Source: an uncultured Actinomycetes bacterium (GTDB lineage: Bacteria; Actinomycetota; Thermoleophilia; Gaiellales; Gaiellaceae). Taken from it: a DNA stretch of 64,000 bases. A program made the translations under genes and the position numbers. The notes beneath the pieces were generated by a model. The model did no database searches, was not told where the DNA came from, and saw only the letters and a program-made list of their open reading frames with translations. Every line of letters begins with the position of its first letter. The first letter of the stretch is position 1. Below are positions 20,061 through 37,285 of this stretch, one piece after another. The DNA lies in the NCBI GenBank assembly GCA_963746005.1, contig CAVUZM010000016.1, positions 100,064 through 164,063 on the forward strand, written 5' to 3'.

Positions 20061-21292
20061 AGATCTGCGTCGTCGGAGCGGGATCGACCTATACGCCCGA
20101 GCTGGTCTCCGGGCTCTCGCGACTGGACGTGTCCGAGGTCGCGTTGCACGACATCGACGCGGAGCGACTCGATGTCGTCGGCGGCCTGGCTGCGCGGATG
20201 CTCGCGCGGCAGGGATTCGACGGCGAGCTCGTGCAGACCGGCGATCTCGACCGGGCGCTCGACGGCGCCGACTTCGTGCTGATCCAGATCCGGGTCGGCG
20301 GCCAGGCGGCGCGGCTTCGCGACGAGACCGTTCCACTCGCCTGCGGCTGCATCGGCCAGGAGACGACGGGCGCCGGCGGGTTCGCGAAGGCGTACCGCAC
20401 CGTGCCGGTGGTGCTCGAGATCGCGGCGCGCGCGCGTGAGCGGGCGGCGGCGGGCGCGTGGATCGTCGACTTCACCAACCCGGTCGGGATCGTGACGCGC
20501 GCGCTGCTCGACGCGGGCCACCGAGCGGTGGGCCTCTGCAACGTCGCGATCGGGTTCCAGCGCTCCTTTGCGGGCCTGCTCGGGGTGGAGCCGGAACGGA
20601 TCGTGGTCGACCAGGTGGGCCTCAACCACCTGACGTGGGTGCGCGCGGTGCGCCTGGACGGTCAGGACGTCCTGCCCGTGCTGCTGGCCGACCACGGCGA
20701 CGCGCTCGCCTCCCACGTGGAGCTGCCGCGGCGCCTGCTCGACGAGCTCGGCGCGGTGCCCTCCTACTACCTTCGCTACTTCTATGCGCACGACCAGGTG
20801 CTGGCCGAGCAGCGCGACGGCATCCCCCGCGCGACGACGGTCGCCGAGATCGAGCGCGAGCTGCTGGAGCTGTATCGCGATCCGGCGCTCACGGAGAAGC
20901 CTGCGCTGCTCGAGCGCCGCGGCGGCGCCTTCTACAGCGAGGCGGCGATCGGGCTCGTCTCGTCGCTCTGCTCCGGAGACGGCGAGGTCCATGTCGTCGA
21001 CGTCCGCAACGAAGGCACACTCGACGGCCTCGCGCCCGACGACGTCGTCGAGGTGCCGGCGGCGGTCGATCCGAACGGCCCGGTGCCGCTCCCGCAGCCG
21101 CCGCTCGCGCCCGAGCTGCTCGGGCTCGTCCAGCACGTCGCGGCGTACGAGCGGCTCGCGACGGAGGCGGCGCGGACGCGCGACCTCGCCGTCGCCCGCA
21201 AAGCGCTGCTCAGCCACCCGCTGATCGGCCAGTACGAGCTGACGGACGAGCTGCTCGACCGCCTGCTTGCGGCAGGAGCCGTGCGCTCGTGA
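20057..21292 (+). CDS. GH4-family 6-phospho-beta-glucosidase (ChbF/CelF-like)
   Basis: MKICVVGAGSTYTPELV N-terminus (NAD Rossmann), ..GLCNVAIG.., NHLTW. ATGA overlap with the upstream gene. Confidence 0.8.
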   Translation: MKICVVGAGSTYTPELVSGLSRLDVSEVALHDIDAERLDVVGGLAARMLARQGFDGELVQTGDLDRALDGADFVLIQIRVGGQAARLRDETVPLACGCIGQETTGAGGFAKAYRTVPVVLEIAARARERAAAGAWIVDFTNPVGIVTRALLDAGHRAVGLCNVAIGFQRSFAGLLGVEPERIVVDQVGLNHLTWVRAVRLDGQDVLPVLLADHGDALASHVELPRRLLDELGAVPSYYLRYFYAHDQVLAEQRDGIPRATTVAEIERELLELYRDPALTEKPALLERRGGAFYSEAAIGLVSSLCSGDGEVHVVDVRNEGTLDGLAPDDVVEVPAAVDPNGPVPLPQPPLAPELLGLVQHVAAYERLATEAARTRDLAVARKALLSHPLIGQYELTDELLDRLLAAGAVRS

Positions 21293-22304
21293 GCGCGCCC
21301 GTGATCCTCGCCGTGGACGGCGGCAACTCGAAGACGGATCTCGCGCTCGTCCGCGCCGACGGCGGCCTGCTCTCGCTCGTGCGCGGTCCCGGGAGCTCGC
21401 CTCACCACCTCGGGCTGGAGGGCGGGCTCGAGGTGCTCGGCTCGCTGCTCGCGGAGGCGGCCGGTGAGCTCGCGCTGCCGGTAGCCGCCGCCGAGCTGCT
21501 GATGGCGGGCGTCGACTTCCCGGTCGAGGAGGACGTGCTGCGCGAGGCGGTGCTCGCGCGCGGCTGGGCCACCCGGTCACGGTCCGCAACGACACCTTTG
21601 CCGTCCTCCGGGCCGGCACCGACCGCGGCTGGGGAGTCGCCGTGGTCTGCGGCGCCGGGATCAACTGCGTCGGCGTCTCCCCGGACGGTCGGCACGCGCG
21701 GTTCCCGGCGCTCGGCCCGATCACGGGCGACTGGGGCGGCGGCCAGGACGTCGGCCTCGCCGCGGTCTTCGCCGCCGCGCGCAGCGAGGACGGCCGCGGG
21801 CCCCGCACGAGCCTCGAGCAGGCGGTTCCGGCGCACTTCGGGCTCGAGACGCCCAGCGAGCTGGCCGAGGCGATCCACATGGGCCGCATCCCGCAGGAGC
21901 GGGTGGTCGAGCTGCCGCCCGTCGTCCTGGCAGAGTCGGCATCCGACCCGGTCGCCGCGGAGATCGTCGCGCGCCTCGCGGACGAGGTCGTCGCGCTCGC
22001 GCGCGCCGCCCTGGCGCGGCTCGAGCTGACCCGCGAGCCCGTCGAGGTGGTGCTGGGCGGCGGCGTCCTGCAGGCGCGCGACCCGCGCCTGCTCGGTGCG
22101 ATCGAGGACGGGCTGCAGGAGCTCGGGCCGGGGCTCACGGTCAGGCTCGCCGAGTCGCCGCCGGTCGTCGGCGCCGCGCTCCTCGGCCTCGACGAGCTCG
22201 GCGCGGACGGCGAGGCGAGCGCACGTGTGCGCAGCGAGCTCGGCGCAGCGGTCGACCGGCTAGACGCGCCCGCGAGCCCCGTCCTGGAGCCGGCCGGTGA
22301 CTGA
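21289..22304 (+). pseudogene. BadF/BadG/BcrA/BcrD-type ATPase (N-acetylglucosamine-kinase-like), one frameshift
   Basis: ILAVDGGNSKTDLAL.. is in one frame and VTVRNDTFAVLRAGT..VVCGAGINCVG.. in another. The switch near 21574-21576 looks like a 1-nt loss. GTGA overlap with the upstream gene. Confidence 0.75.
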
Positions 22305-23385
22305 CGTCCGCTTCGAGCAGGCGACGCGGATCTATCCGGGCAACACCGTCCCGGCCGTCGACCGGCTGACGCTGCAGATCGAGTCGGGCGAGTTCATGGT
22401 TCTCGTCGGGCCGTCGGGCTGCGGCAAGACGACCGCGCTGCGGATGCTGGCGGGGCTCGAGGAGGTCGATGCGGGCGCGGTCATGATCGGCGGCCGCGAC
22501 ATCACCGACGTCCCGCCGAAGGATCGCGACGTGGCGATGGTATTCCAGAACTACGCCCTCTACCCGTACCTGACCGTCGCGGCCAACATCGCCTTCCCGC
22601 TGCGGATCGCGGGCGTCAAGAAGTCCGAGCGCGCCAGGCGGGTCGCCGAGGTCGCCGACCTCCTGGGGCTCGAGGACCTGCTCGATCGCAAGCCGGGCCA
22701 GCTCTCCGGGGGACAGCGCCAGCGGGTCGCGATGGGACGGGCGATCATCCGCCACCCGAGCGTCTTCCTGATGGACGAGCCGCTCTCGAATCTCGACGCG
22801 AAGCTGCGCGTGCAGATGCGCGCCGACATCGCCGCCCTGCAGCAGCGGCTCGGGACGACCACGGTCTACGTCACCCACGATCAGGCCGAGGCGATGACGC
22901 TCGGGCACCGCGTCGCCGTGTTGCGGGACGGGAAGCTGCAGCAGTGCGACGCACCGCGCGTGCTCTACGAGCAGCCGGCGAACACCTTCGTCGGGACCTT
23001 CATCGGCTCGCCGTCCATGAACCTCTTCACCGTGCCGCTCGACGGCGGCGGCCCCGTCTCGTTCGGCGGAGTCATGATCGAGGTGCCGGAGTCGGTCGCC
23101 ACTGCCGCCGCTGGAGGCGGATGGTCGAGCGTCGTCGTCGGCGTGCGACCCGAGTCGCTCGAGCTCGCCTCCGACGGAGTGGCCGCGGTCGTCGAGGTCG
23201 TCGAGGAGGTGGGCGCCGACGCCTACCTCTTCTGCGTCTCGGAGATCGCCGGCGAGACGATGAAGCTCGTCGCGCGCACCGAGACGCGCCGGGCGCCGGG
23301 CCGCGGCGAGCGCGTCTCGCTGCAGCCGCGCCCGGGCGAGGCCCACCTGTTCAACCCGGAGAGCGGCGAGTTGATCGCGCGCTAA
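22297..23385 (+). CDS. Sugar ABC transporter ATP-binding protein (MsiK/UgpC/MalK-like)
   Basis: Walker A GPSGCGKTT, signature LSGGQRQR, Walker [12 protein letters not shown], and a C-terminal TOBE-like domain. Confidence 0.9.
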   Translation: MTDVRFEQATRIYPGNTVPAVDRLTLQIESGEFMVLVGPSGCGKTTALRMLAGLEEVDAGAVMIGGRDITDVPPKDRDVAMVFQNYALYPYLTVAANIAFPLRIAGVKKSERARRVAEVADLLGLEDLLDRKPGQLSGGQRQRVAMGRAIIRHPSVFLMDEPLSNLDAKLRVQMRADIAALQQRLGTTTVYVTHDQAEAMTLGHRVAVLRDGKLQQCDAPRVLYEQPANTFVGTFIGSPSMNLFTVPLDGGGPVSFGGVMIEVPESVATAAAGGGWSSVVVGVRPESLELASDGVAAVVEVVEEVGADAYLFCVSEIAGETMKLVARTETRRAPGRGERVSLQPRPGEAHLFNPESGELIAR

Positions 23386-23396
23386 GAAGCTCTAAC
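23380..23396. repeat. Left arm of a 17-bp imperfect inverted repeat enclosing convergent stop codons
   Basis: CGCTAAGAAGCTCTAAC against the reverse complement of 23536-23552 (15/17). Contains the TAA of the upstream ATPase gene. Confidence 0.6.
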
Positions 23397-23455
23397 TGAA
23401 TGACCACGCGCCGACGGGGTGCGATGGGTGCGTGCGCTGCAAGGACGCAGGGAGC

Positions 23456-23476
23456 GGCGATAGCAGCGCTATCGCC
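23456..23476. terminator. Perfect 9-bp stem / 3-nt loop hairpin between convergent ABC ATPase genes
   Basis: GGCGATAGC-AGC-GCTATCGCC. No U-tract. Candidate bidirectional terminator element. Confidence 0.4.
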
Positions 23477-23535
23477 GCGACTGAGGACGCGGCAGCGTGC
23501 GTGCCCAGCGCGGCCCGGTGGCCCGTGCTCGTTCT

Positions 23536-23545
23536 GTTAGAGGTT

Positions 23546-23552
<7 letters not shown>
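23536..23552. repeat. Right arm of the 17-bp inverted repeat
   Basis: GTTAGAGGTTCTAAGCG. Contains the stop (CTA on plus strand) of the minus-strand ATPase gene. Confidence 0.6.
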
Positions 23553-24726
<1,174 letters not shown>

Positions 24727-24730
<4 letters not shown>

Positions 24731-26049
24731 GCGATCCTCTCCATTGCTTGCAGACGAAGCGTTTCAGGAATCAGGTCCCCGTGCGCGCGGGTCAGCTCGT
24801 CGCACAGGGCGTCGATCTGGTCGAGCGTCAGCGTCGCGCCCGTGTTCGGGTCGAGCATCGCGGCGTCGCGAACGTAGTCCCGCCGGCCCTCGAGCACCGC
24901 GCGCACCGTGAGCTCGATCGGGTTGAGCATCGTCCTGTTCAGCGCGGCGAGGTGCGGTGGGTACTCGGGCACCGCGACGGGATGCAGGCCGGTGCCGTCG
25001 ACGAGGCAGGGCACCTCGACGCAGCAGCCGTCGGGCAGGCCCGGGAGGAAGCCGTCGTTGCGGACGTTGCCGTAGATCACCGCCGGCGCGCCGGTCTCCA
25101 TCGAGTGAATGATCACGGCCGCGTACTCGTTGGAGCGCTCGACGGGGAGCGCCTCGCCGCGGGCGAGCGCGGCCTTGACCGTCTCGAACTCGACGAGGTT
25201 CTCCTCGCTGCGGCGGATGTACTCGTCGACCGGGATCCGGAAGCGCTCGAGCTCGGCGTCGTGGCGCATGAACCAGGGCACGTACTCGGCCAGGTGCTCA
25301 CTGGACTCGGTCGGGAAGACGCCGAGCCGCCCATACATCTCGACTCGCACCCGCCGCTGCAGGTCAGGGTCGCCCGCGATACGAGCGTCGAGCCGCGGGT
25401 AGAGGCTCTCGCCCTCGTGCTCGAAACGGAGGATGAACGCCTGGTGGTTGAGGCCGGCCGCGGTGAACGTGACCTCCTCCTCCGGCACGCCGACGAGCTC
25501 GGCGAGGTCCGCGACCGTGAACTGCACCGAGTGGCAAAGCCCGACGACCTGCGAGGTCGGCGTGCCCGCGTAGACGAGCCAGCAGAGCATCGCCATCGGG
25601 TTCGTGTAGTTGAGCAGCCAGGCCGACGGGCAGAGCTCGGCCATCTCCCGGCCGAGTGCCAGCATGTGGTCCGCGGTTCGGAGGGTGCGGAAGATCCCGC
25701 CGACGCCGAGGGTGTCGGCGATCGTCTGGCGGAGGCCGTAGCGGGCCGGGATCTCGAAGTCCTTGAGCGTCGCCTCATGGCCCCCGATCTGCACCATGTT
25801 GAGGACGTAGTCCGCCCCGTCGAGCGCCGCGCGGCGGTCGAGGTGTGTGCTGATCGCCGGCGAGGCCCCGCGCACGCCGGCGACGTAGGCGGCCATCGCC
25901 TCGGCGGTCGCGAGCCGGTCCGCGTCGATGTCGTGCAGCGCGATCTCGGCGCCGTGCAGCTCGGGCCGCTCGAGGATGTCGCCGAGCAGGTTCTTCGTGA
26001 AGACGACGCTCCCGGCCCCGATGAACGCGATGCGGGGGCCGCCGCTCAT
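24727..26049 (-). CDS. GH4-family alpha-galactosidase/alpha-glucosidase (MelA/AglA-like)
   Basis: [20 protein letters not shown]-terminus, ..GLCHSVQ.., NHQAF. 440 aa. Confidence 0.8.
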
Positions 26050-26960
26050 CCCTTGGTCGACCCCAGGGTCAGGCCGCTGATGAACTGCCGCTGCAGGAGC
26101 GCGAAGACGATCAGCGTCGGGATCACGACCAGCATGGCGGCGGCCGCGATCAGGTTGTTGTTCGAGAAGTAGATGCCCTGGAGGCTGTTCAGAGCCGCGG
26201 TGATCGGCTGCTTGTTGCCCGACTTCATCAGCACGATCGGCCAGAGGAAGTCGTTGTAGATGAAGGTGAACTCGAGCACCGCCAGAGCGGCGAGAGCGGG
26301 CTTGCAGAGCGGCAGGATGATCCCGAAGAACTGGCGGAAGACGCCCGCCCCGTCAACGCGGGCGGCCTCGTTCAGCGTCTTCGGGATCGTCTTCATGTAG
26401 TTCGCGAGCACGAACGTGCAGAACCCCGTCTGGAACGCGACATTGATCGCTATCAGCCCGATGTAGGAGTCGTAGAAGAGGCCGCTGTCGCTCAGCCAGG
26501 TCGGTAGCGGCATCCGCAGGTACAGGTTGTAGAGCGGCGTGAGGATGATCTGCTGCGGGAGCAGGTTCGCCGCCATGAAGAAGATCAGCAGCGGCACGTT
26601 GAACCAGTAGCTGAACCGCGAGAGCACGAACGCCACGGACGAGGCGAGCAGGAGGATCAGGATGATCGCCGGGACGGCGACGATCATGGAGTTGAAGAAG
26701 AAGTGCGGCAGCGCCGCGTTCGTCCAGGCGGTGCGGTAGTTCGTGAGGCTCAAGGTGTGCGGCCACGAGACGTAGCCGTGGACGGCCGTGTCGGCGTAGG
26801 GCCGGAACGAGGTGAAGACCGCCCAGAGCACCGGGATCAGCCAGAGCACTGCGAACGTGATCAGGAACACGTGCAGCAAGACGCGGGCCGGAGTGAGCTT
26901 CTTCTTGTTGCGCCGGACCTGCTCCGTCTGCGCCGGTGCCGCTGCGGTAGTCGCGGTCAT
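26046..26960 (-). CDS. Carbohydrate ABC transporter permease
   Basis: MalG-like with an EAA loop (EAARVDGAGVFRQFFGIILPLCKP). ATGA overlaps on both sides. Confidence 0.85.
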   Translation of the reverse strand: MTATTAAAPAQTEQVRRNKKKLTPARVLLHVFLITFAVLWLIPVLWAVFTSFRPYADTAVHGYVSWPHTLSLTNYRTAWTNAALPHFFFNSMIVAVPAIILILLLASSVAFVLSRFSYWFNVPLLIFFMAANLLPQQIILTPLYNLYLRMPLPTWLSDSGLFYDSYIGLIAINVAFQTGFCTFVLANYMKTIPKTLNEAARVDGAGVFRQFFGIILPLCKPALAALAVLEFTFIYNDFLWPIVLMKSGNKQPITAALNSLQGIYFSNNNLIAAAAMLVVIPTLIVFALLQRQFISGLTLGSTKG

Positions 26961-27907
26961 GTGCGCTTCTCCGAGAAGGCGTTCGCGACGAAGATCGAGA
27001 TCGGGATCAGCGAGATCACGAGCAGGATCACGGCGATCGCGGAGCCATAGCCGATCCGGCTCGCCTCACCGATGATGTTGTCGGTCACGAGCACGGACAG
27101 CAGCTCTAACCCGTTTCTGCCGTTGTTGATGATGTAGACGATGTCGAAGGCCCGCAGCGCCTCGATCACCGTGATCACCGCGATCACGATGTTGATCGGC
27201 TTCATCGCGGGGAAGACGACGGTCCGGAAGGCGTGCCATTCGCCCGCGCCGTCGATCGCGGCGGCCTCGCGCAGCGAGGGATCGACCGCCTTCAGTCCGG
27301 CGAGGTAGATGATCATCACGTAGCCCGCATGGCGCCAGCCCGCCGCGACGAGGATCGCCCAGAGGTTGATCTTCGGGTTGCCGAGCCAGTCGATCAGGTG
27401 GCCGTGGGCCGGGTCCTCGAAGAGGTTGTTGAGCAGACCCTGGGTGGGCGAGTAGATCAGCTCCCAGATGAACCCGATCACCGCGAGCGAGAGCACGACG
27501 GGCAGGAAGAAGATGCTCTGGTAGATCCGGCTGCCGCGGATCTCCTTGTCGAGCAGGTAGGCGAGCAGGATCCCGAACGGCGTCGCGATCAACGCGAGGA
27601 ACAGGAGCCAGTAGATGTTGTGCTCGAACGCCGGCCAGAACGGCGGGTAGATCGTCGCGATCTGGTGGTAGTTCCGCGTGCCGATGAACTGGATCGTGTG
27701 GAGCCCGCCGATCCCGTCCCAGCTCGTGAACGAGAGGACGATCGACGAGATCGTCGGGAACCAGATGAAGAACCCCACGATCAGCATCGGGATGCCGACC
27801 ATGAGGGCGACCGTCACGCGGTCGGCCGGCGAGAGCCGGACGGCGCGCCGCCTCTTCGGCGGCGCGCCGTCCAATTCCAGCTTCGGTGCGAGCTCAGTCG
27901 TCGCCAC
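26957..27907 (-). CDS. Carbohydrate ABC transporter permease
   Basis: MalF-like with an EAA loop (REAAAIDGAGEWHAFRTVVFPAMKP). Confidence 0.85.
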   Translation of the reverse strand: MATTELAPKLELDGAPPKRRRAVRLSPADRVTVALMVGIPMLIVGFFIWFPTISSIVLSFTSWDGIGGLHTIQFIGTRNYHQIATIYPPFWPAFEHNIYWLLFLALIATPFGILLAYLLDKEIRGSRIYQSIFFLPVVLSLAVIGFIWELIYSPTQGLLNNLFEDPAHGHLIDWLGNPKINLWAILVAAGWRHAGYVMIIYLAGLKAVDPSLREAAAIDGAGEWHAFRTVVFPAMKPINIVIAVITVIEALRAFDIVYIINNGRNGLELLSVLVTDNIIGEASRIGYGSAIAVILLVISLIPISIFVANAFSEKRT

Positions 27908-27923
27908 CGTTGCAGAGCCTAAC

Positions 27924-29261
27924 TCACGACCCGAAGATCGCGACCTTCTGCTTCTGGATGCTCTTGACCAACGAGTTGACGTCGTTGGGGTTGTTCAGGA
28001 AGGACTGCAGCGACGGGATCATCACCGTGGAGGCGAAGTCCGGCCGCGTGTCGCGGTCCATGTACTGAGCGATGTGCTTGGCCGAAGCGATCAGCTTGGC
28101 GGCCTTCTTCTGGAGCACGCTGTAGTGCGCGGTGCTCGTGTGCTTGTTCGCACCCGTGTCGTTCGGGTCGCTCGCGAGGTACGTGTTCGCGGCGGCCGCG
28201 CTGCCGAGGTAGGTGATGAGCTGCTTGGCGCCGTCCAGGTTCTTCGGCGCCTTCGACAGCATGAAGCCGTCGATCGGAGCGTCGAGCGAGTCCTGGCCCC
28301 ACTTCGGGTTGATCTGCGGGTACGGGAAGAAGTCGAGATCGGCGTGGTCGGCCGCGCTCGTGAACTGCTGTCCCACGAACGAGCCGAGCAGGAACATCCC
28401 GGCCTGCTTGCTCACGAGCTGCTGTGCGCCTTCCTGCCACGTGAGCCCAAGCGCGCCCTGCGAGTAGTAGGGCAGGAGCTCCTTCCACTGATTGAAGACA
28501 GCCTTGACCTGAGCGCTGTCCCACGACTTCTTGCCGGCCATCAGGTCGACGTGGAACTGGTAGCCGTTGATCCGCATGTTGAGGATGTCGAACGTCCCCA
28601 TTGCGGGCCAGCCGTCCTTGTCGGTGAAGGCGATCGGCGTGAGGCCGTCCGCCTGCATCTTCTTGGCGAGGGCGATGAACTGATCCCACGTCTTCGGAAC
28701 CGTGTAGCCGTTGGCCTTGAAGACGCTCTTCCGGTAGAAGACCGCCCACGGGTAGTTGTAGATCGGGACGAAGTACTGGTGGCCGTCGAGGCCGGTGGAC
28801 GCTGCCTTCATCGCCGGCGGCATCTGCGGCGTCAGCACCTTCCAGACGTCGTCGATCGGCGTCGCGAGGTGCTTCTGCGCGAAGAACTGCATGCGGTACC
28901 CGGCGAACCACGTGAAGACGTCGTCCGGCTTCCCCTGCAGGTAGCTGTTGATCTGCTCCTGGAAGGTGTTGTGGTCGACCGTGTTGACCTTGACCGCGAT
29001 GCCCGACTTCTTCGTGAAGTTGTTGAAGACGTTCTGCATCGCCTTCTTCGGCACGGCGTCCGAGTAGTTCGAGCCGAACGTCACGGTTCCGGCCGCCGCG
29101 GCGTTCCACTCCGTCGGGGCTCCGGCACCGAACGCCTTCGAAGCACCTGCGGTGTACAGCGCCGCGGCACCGGCCGCGCCGGTATAGAGCAGTTTGCGCC
29201 TGCTGAGCAGCGGGTTGACAGAGCCCGCTGGGTCAGACGAGGGGGACGAGTGGTCCGACAT
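27924..29261 (-). CDS. ABC transporter sugar-binding protein with a Tat-like signal
   Basis: ATG 29261 preceded by GGGAGGA. N-terminus ..LLSRRKLLYTGAAGAAALYTAGA. Solute-binding family 1 composition. Confidence 0.85.
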   Translation of the reverse strand: MSDHSSPSSDPAGSVNPLLSRRKLLYTGAAGAAALYTAGASKAFGAGAPTEWNAAAAGTVTFGSNYSDAVPKKAMQNVFNNFTKKSGIAVKVNTVDHNTFQEQINSYLQGKPDDVFTWFAGYRMQFFAQKHLATPIDDVWKVLTPQMPPAMKAASTGLDGHQYFVPIYNYPWAVFYRKSVFKANGYTVPKTWDQFIALAKKMQADGLTPIAFTDKDGWPAMGTFDILNMRINGYQFHVDLMAGKKSWDSAQVKAVFNQWKELLPYYSQGALGLTWQEGAQQLVSKQAGMFLLGSFVGQQFTSAADHADLDFFPYPQINPKWGQDSLDAPIDGFMLSKAPKNLDGAKQLITYLGSAAAANTYLASDPNDTGANKHTSTAHYSVLQKKAAKLIASAKHIAQYMDRDTRPDFASTVMIPSLQSFLNNPNDVNSLVKSIQKQKVAIFGS

Positions 29262-29463
29262 GAGATCCTCCCGGGGTCTCGAGGAAACGACCACATTCGG
29301 ACATAACCGACCATGATCGCTCAGGGAACCAGTTGGCATAACACTGGCATGTACAGGCGGTAAATGTCAAGAGGCGGTTAAACACAGCGCCTACTTGTGA
29401 GACTCGCGTTGTTCGGAATTGTTGGTTATTGTGCAATGATCCGAAGGCGAATCGAGGTCACAG

Positions 29464-35319
<5,856 letters not shown>

Positions 35320-35323
<4 letters not shown>

Positions 35324-36231
35324 TCGACCTCCCGCGCACCGGGCTCGGCACCGCCCCGCTCGGCGGGCTGTTCGAGGCGGTGAGCGACGAGACGGCGCAG
35401 GCGGCCTTCGAGCTGGCCTGGGAACGGGGCATTCGCTTCTTCGACACCGCTCCCCTCTACGGGCTCGGGCTCTCCGAGCAGCGGCTCGGGCGCTTCCTCG
35501 CCGGCAAGCCCCGCGACGAGTTCGTGCTCGCGACGAAGGTCGGCCGCCTGCTCCGCGCGGACGCGCCGCCCGACCCGCGCGAGGCGCATTGGAGAGGCGT
35601 GCCGCCGCTCAACCCCGTCTTCGACTTCAGCCACGACGGCGTGCTCCGCTCGGTGGACGAGAGCCTCGGGCGACTCGGGCTCGACCGGATCGACGTCCTG
35701 CACATCCACGATCCCGACGACCACTACGACGAGGCCCTGAGCGGGGCCTACCGGGCGCTCGACCGGCTCCGCGGCGAGGGCACGATCCGCGCGGTCGGCG
35801 CCGGGATGAACCAGGTCGAGATGCTGGTCAGGTTCGCACGCGAGGCCGACTTCGACTGCTTCCTGGTCGCGGGCCGCTGGACGCTGCTCGACCGGTCCGC
35901 GCTGCCGGAGCTGCTCCCGCTGTGCGAGGAGCGCGGAATCGCCGTGATCGCGGCGGGAGTCTTCAACAGCGGGATCCTCGCGGGCGGGACGACCTTCGAC
36001 TACCGGCCCGCTCCGGCCGGGTGGCTGGCGCGCGCGGCGGAGCTCGAGGCGGTCTGCGCCCGCTACGACGTGCCGCTCGCCGCCGCCGCGCTCCAGTTCC
36101 CGCTCCGGCATCCCGCAGTCGCGAGCGTCCTCCTCGGCCCCCGCTCGCCCGCGCAGCTCGCCCAGAGCCTCGACCTGATCGAGCTCCCGGTTCCGGCCGG
36201 GCTCTGGGCCGAGCTGTCGACTACGGCCTGA
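35320..36231 (+). CDS. Aldo/keto reductase (aldose 1-dehydrogenase-like)
   Basis: [40 protein letters not shown]. 303 aa. Confidence 0.8.
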
Positions 36232-37285
36232 GTCCGGCCCCGGCCGACGCGTAGACGGTCAGCGCGCGTCCCTCCAGCCCGGTCCGCGACCGGTACTCGA
36301 CCGCGATCTCGGTGCCGAGCCGGTCGGCGTCGTCGACATCGGCGAGCACGAGCACGGAGCCCCCGAAGCCGCCGCCGAGCAGCCGCGCGCCGAGGCCACC
36401 CGCCGCGTCGGCGAGCTCGACGAGCAGGTCGAGCTCGGGAATCGAGACCTCGTAGTCGTCGCGAAGGCTCACGTGGCTCGCTCCGAGGAGCCGCCCGGCC
36501 GTCTCGAGGTCGCCGGCCTCGAACGCCGCCGCGAACAGCCCCACCCGCTCGTTCTCGGTCACCACGTGGCGCAACCTCCGCTGCGAGACCGGGTCGAGGC
36601 CTTCGAGGTCGGCCGCCGTGACCTGGGTCGAGCGCTCGGCCCCCACGAGCGCGAGCGCCTGTTCGAGCTCGGCGCGCCGTTGCGCGTATCCCGAGTGCTC
36701 GTGGCTGTGCCCGACCCCGGAGTCGACGATCACCAGCGCCGCGCGCCCGGGAACGTGGACGAGGCGATAGTCGAGCGTCGCACAGTCGAGGAGGATGGCC
36801 GCGTCCGGCTGCCCCAGCAGGCACGCCGCCTGGTCGAGGATCCCGCACGGGACCCCGACCGCGCGCAGCTCGGCGCGCTGGCAGGCGAGCGCGAGCACGA
36901 GCGGCTCGAGCTCGAACTCCGCCACGGAGCAGAGAGCGAGCCCGATCCCGACCTCGAGCGCGGCGGACGAGGAGAGCCCGGCCCCGGTCGGCAGGTCGGA
37001 GTCCACCGAGGCGACGAGCCCGACCGGCGCGCGGCCGAGGGCGGCGAGCTCCGCCGCGACCGCCTGGCCGTATCGCGCCCAGCCGGTCGCGGCCGCGCCC
37101 GACCCGTCGGCCGCGAACGGCTCGGCGGCGCCGTCGCGGCTCGAGGTGAGCGAGATCTCGTCCGCGACCGAGGCGACCTCGACCGTGATCCCGAGCTGGA
37201 TCGCCGCCGGCAGGACGAGCCCGCCGCTGTAATCGGTGTGCTCGCCGATCAGGTTCACCCGCCCGGGCGCCCAGGTCGTCAGCAT
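36221..37285 (-). CDS. galK: Galactokinase
   Basis: [17 protein letters not shown] signature and the GHMP motif [16 protein letters not shown] overlap with the upstream AKR gene. Confidence 0.9.
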   Translation of the reverse strand: MLTTWAPGRVNLIGEHTDYSGGLVLPAAIQLGITVEVASVADEISLTSSRDGAAEPFAADGSGAAATGWARYGQAVAAELAALGRAPVGLVASVDSDLPTGAGLSSSAALEVGIGLALCSVAEFELEPLVLALACQRAELRAVGVPCGILDQAACLLGQPDAAILLDCATLDYRLVHVPGRAALVIVDSGVGHSHEHSGYAQRRAELEQALALVGAERSTQVTAADLEGLDPVSQRRLRHVVTENERVGLFAAAFEAGDLETAGRLLGASHVSLRDDYEVSIPELDLLVELADAAGGLGARLLGGGFGGSVLVLADVDDADRLGTEIAVEYRSRTGLEGRALTVYASAGAGLRP

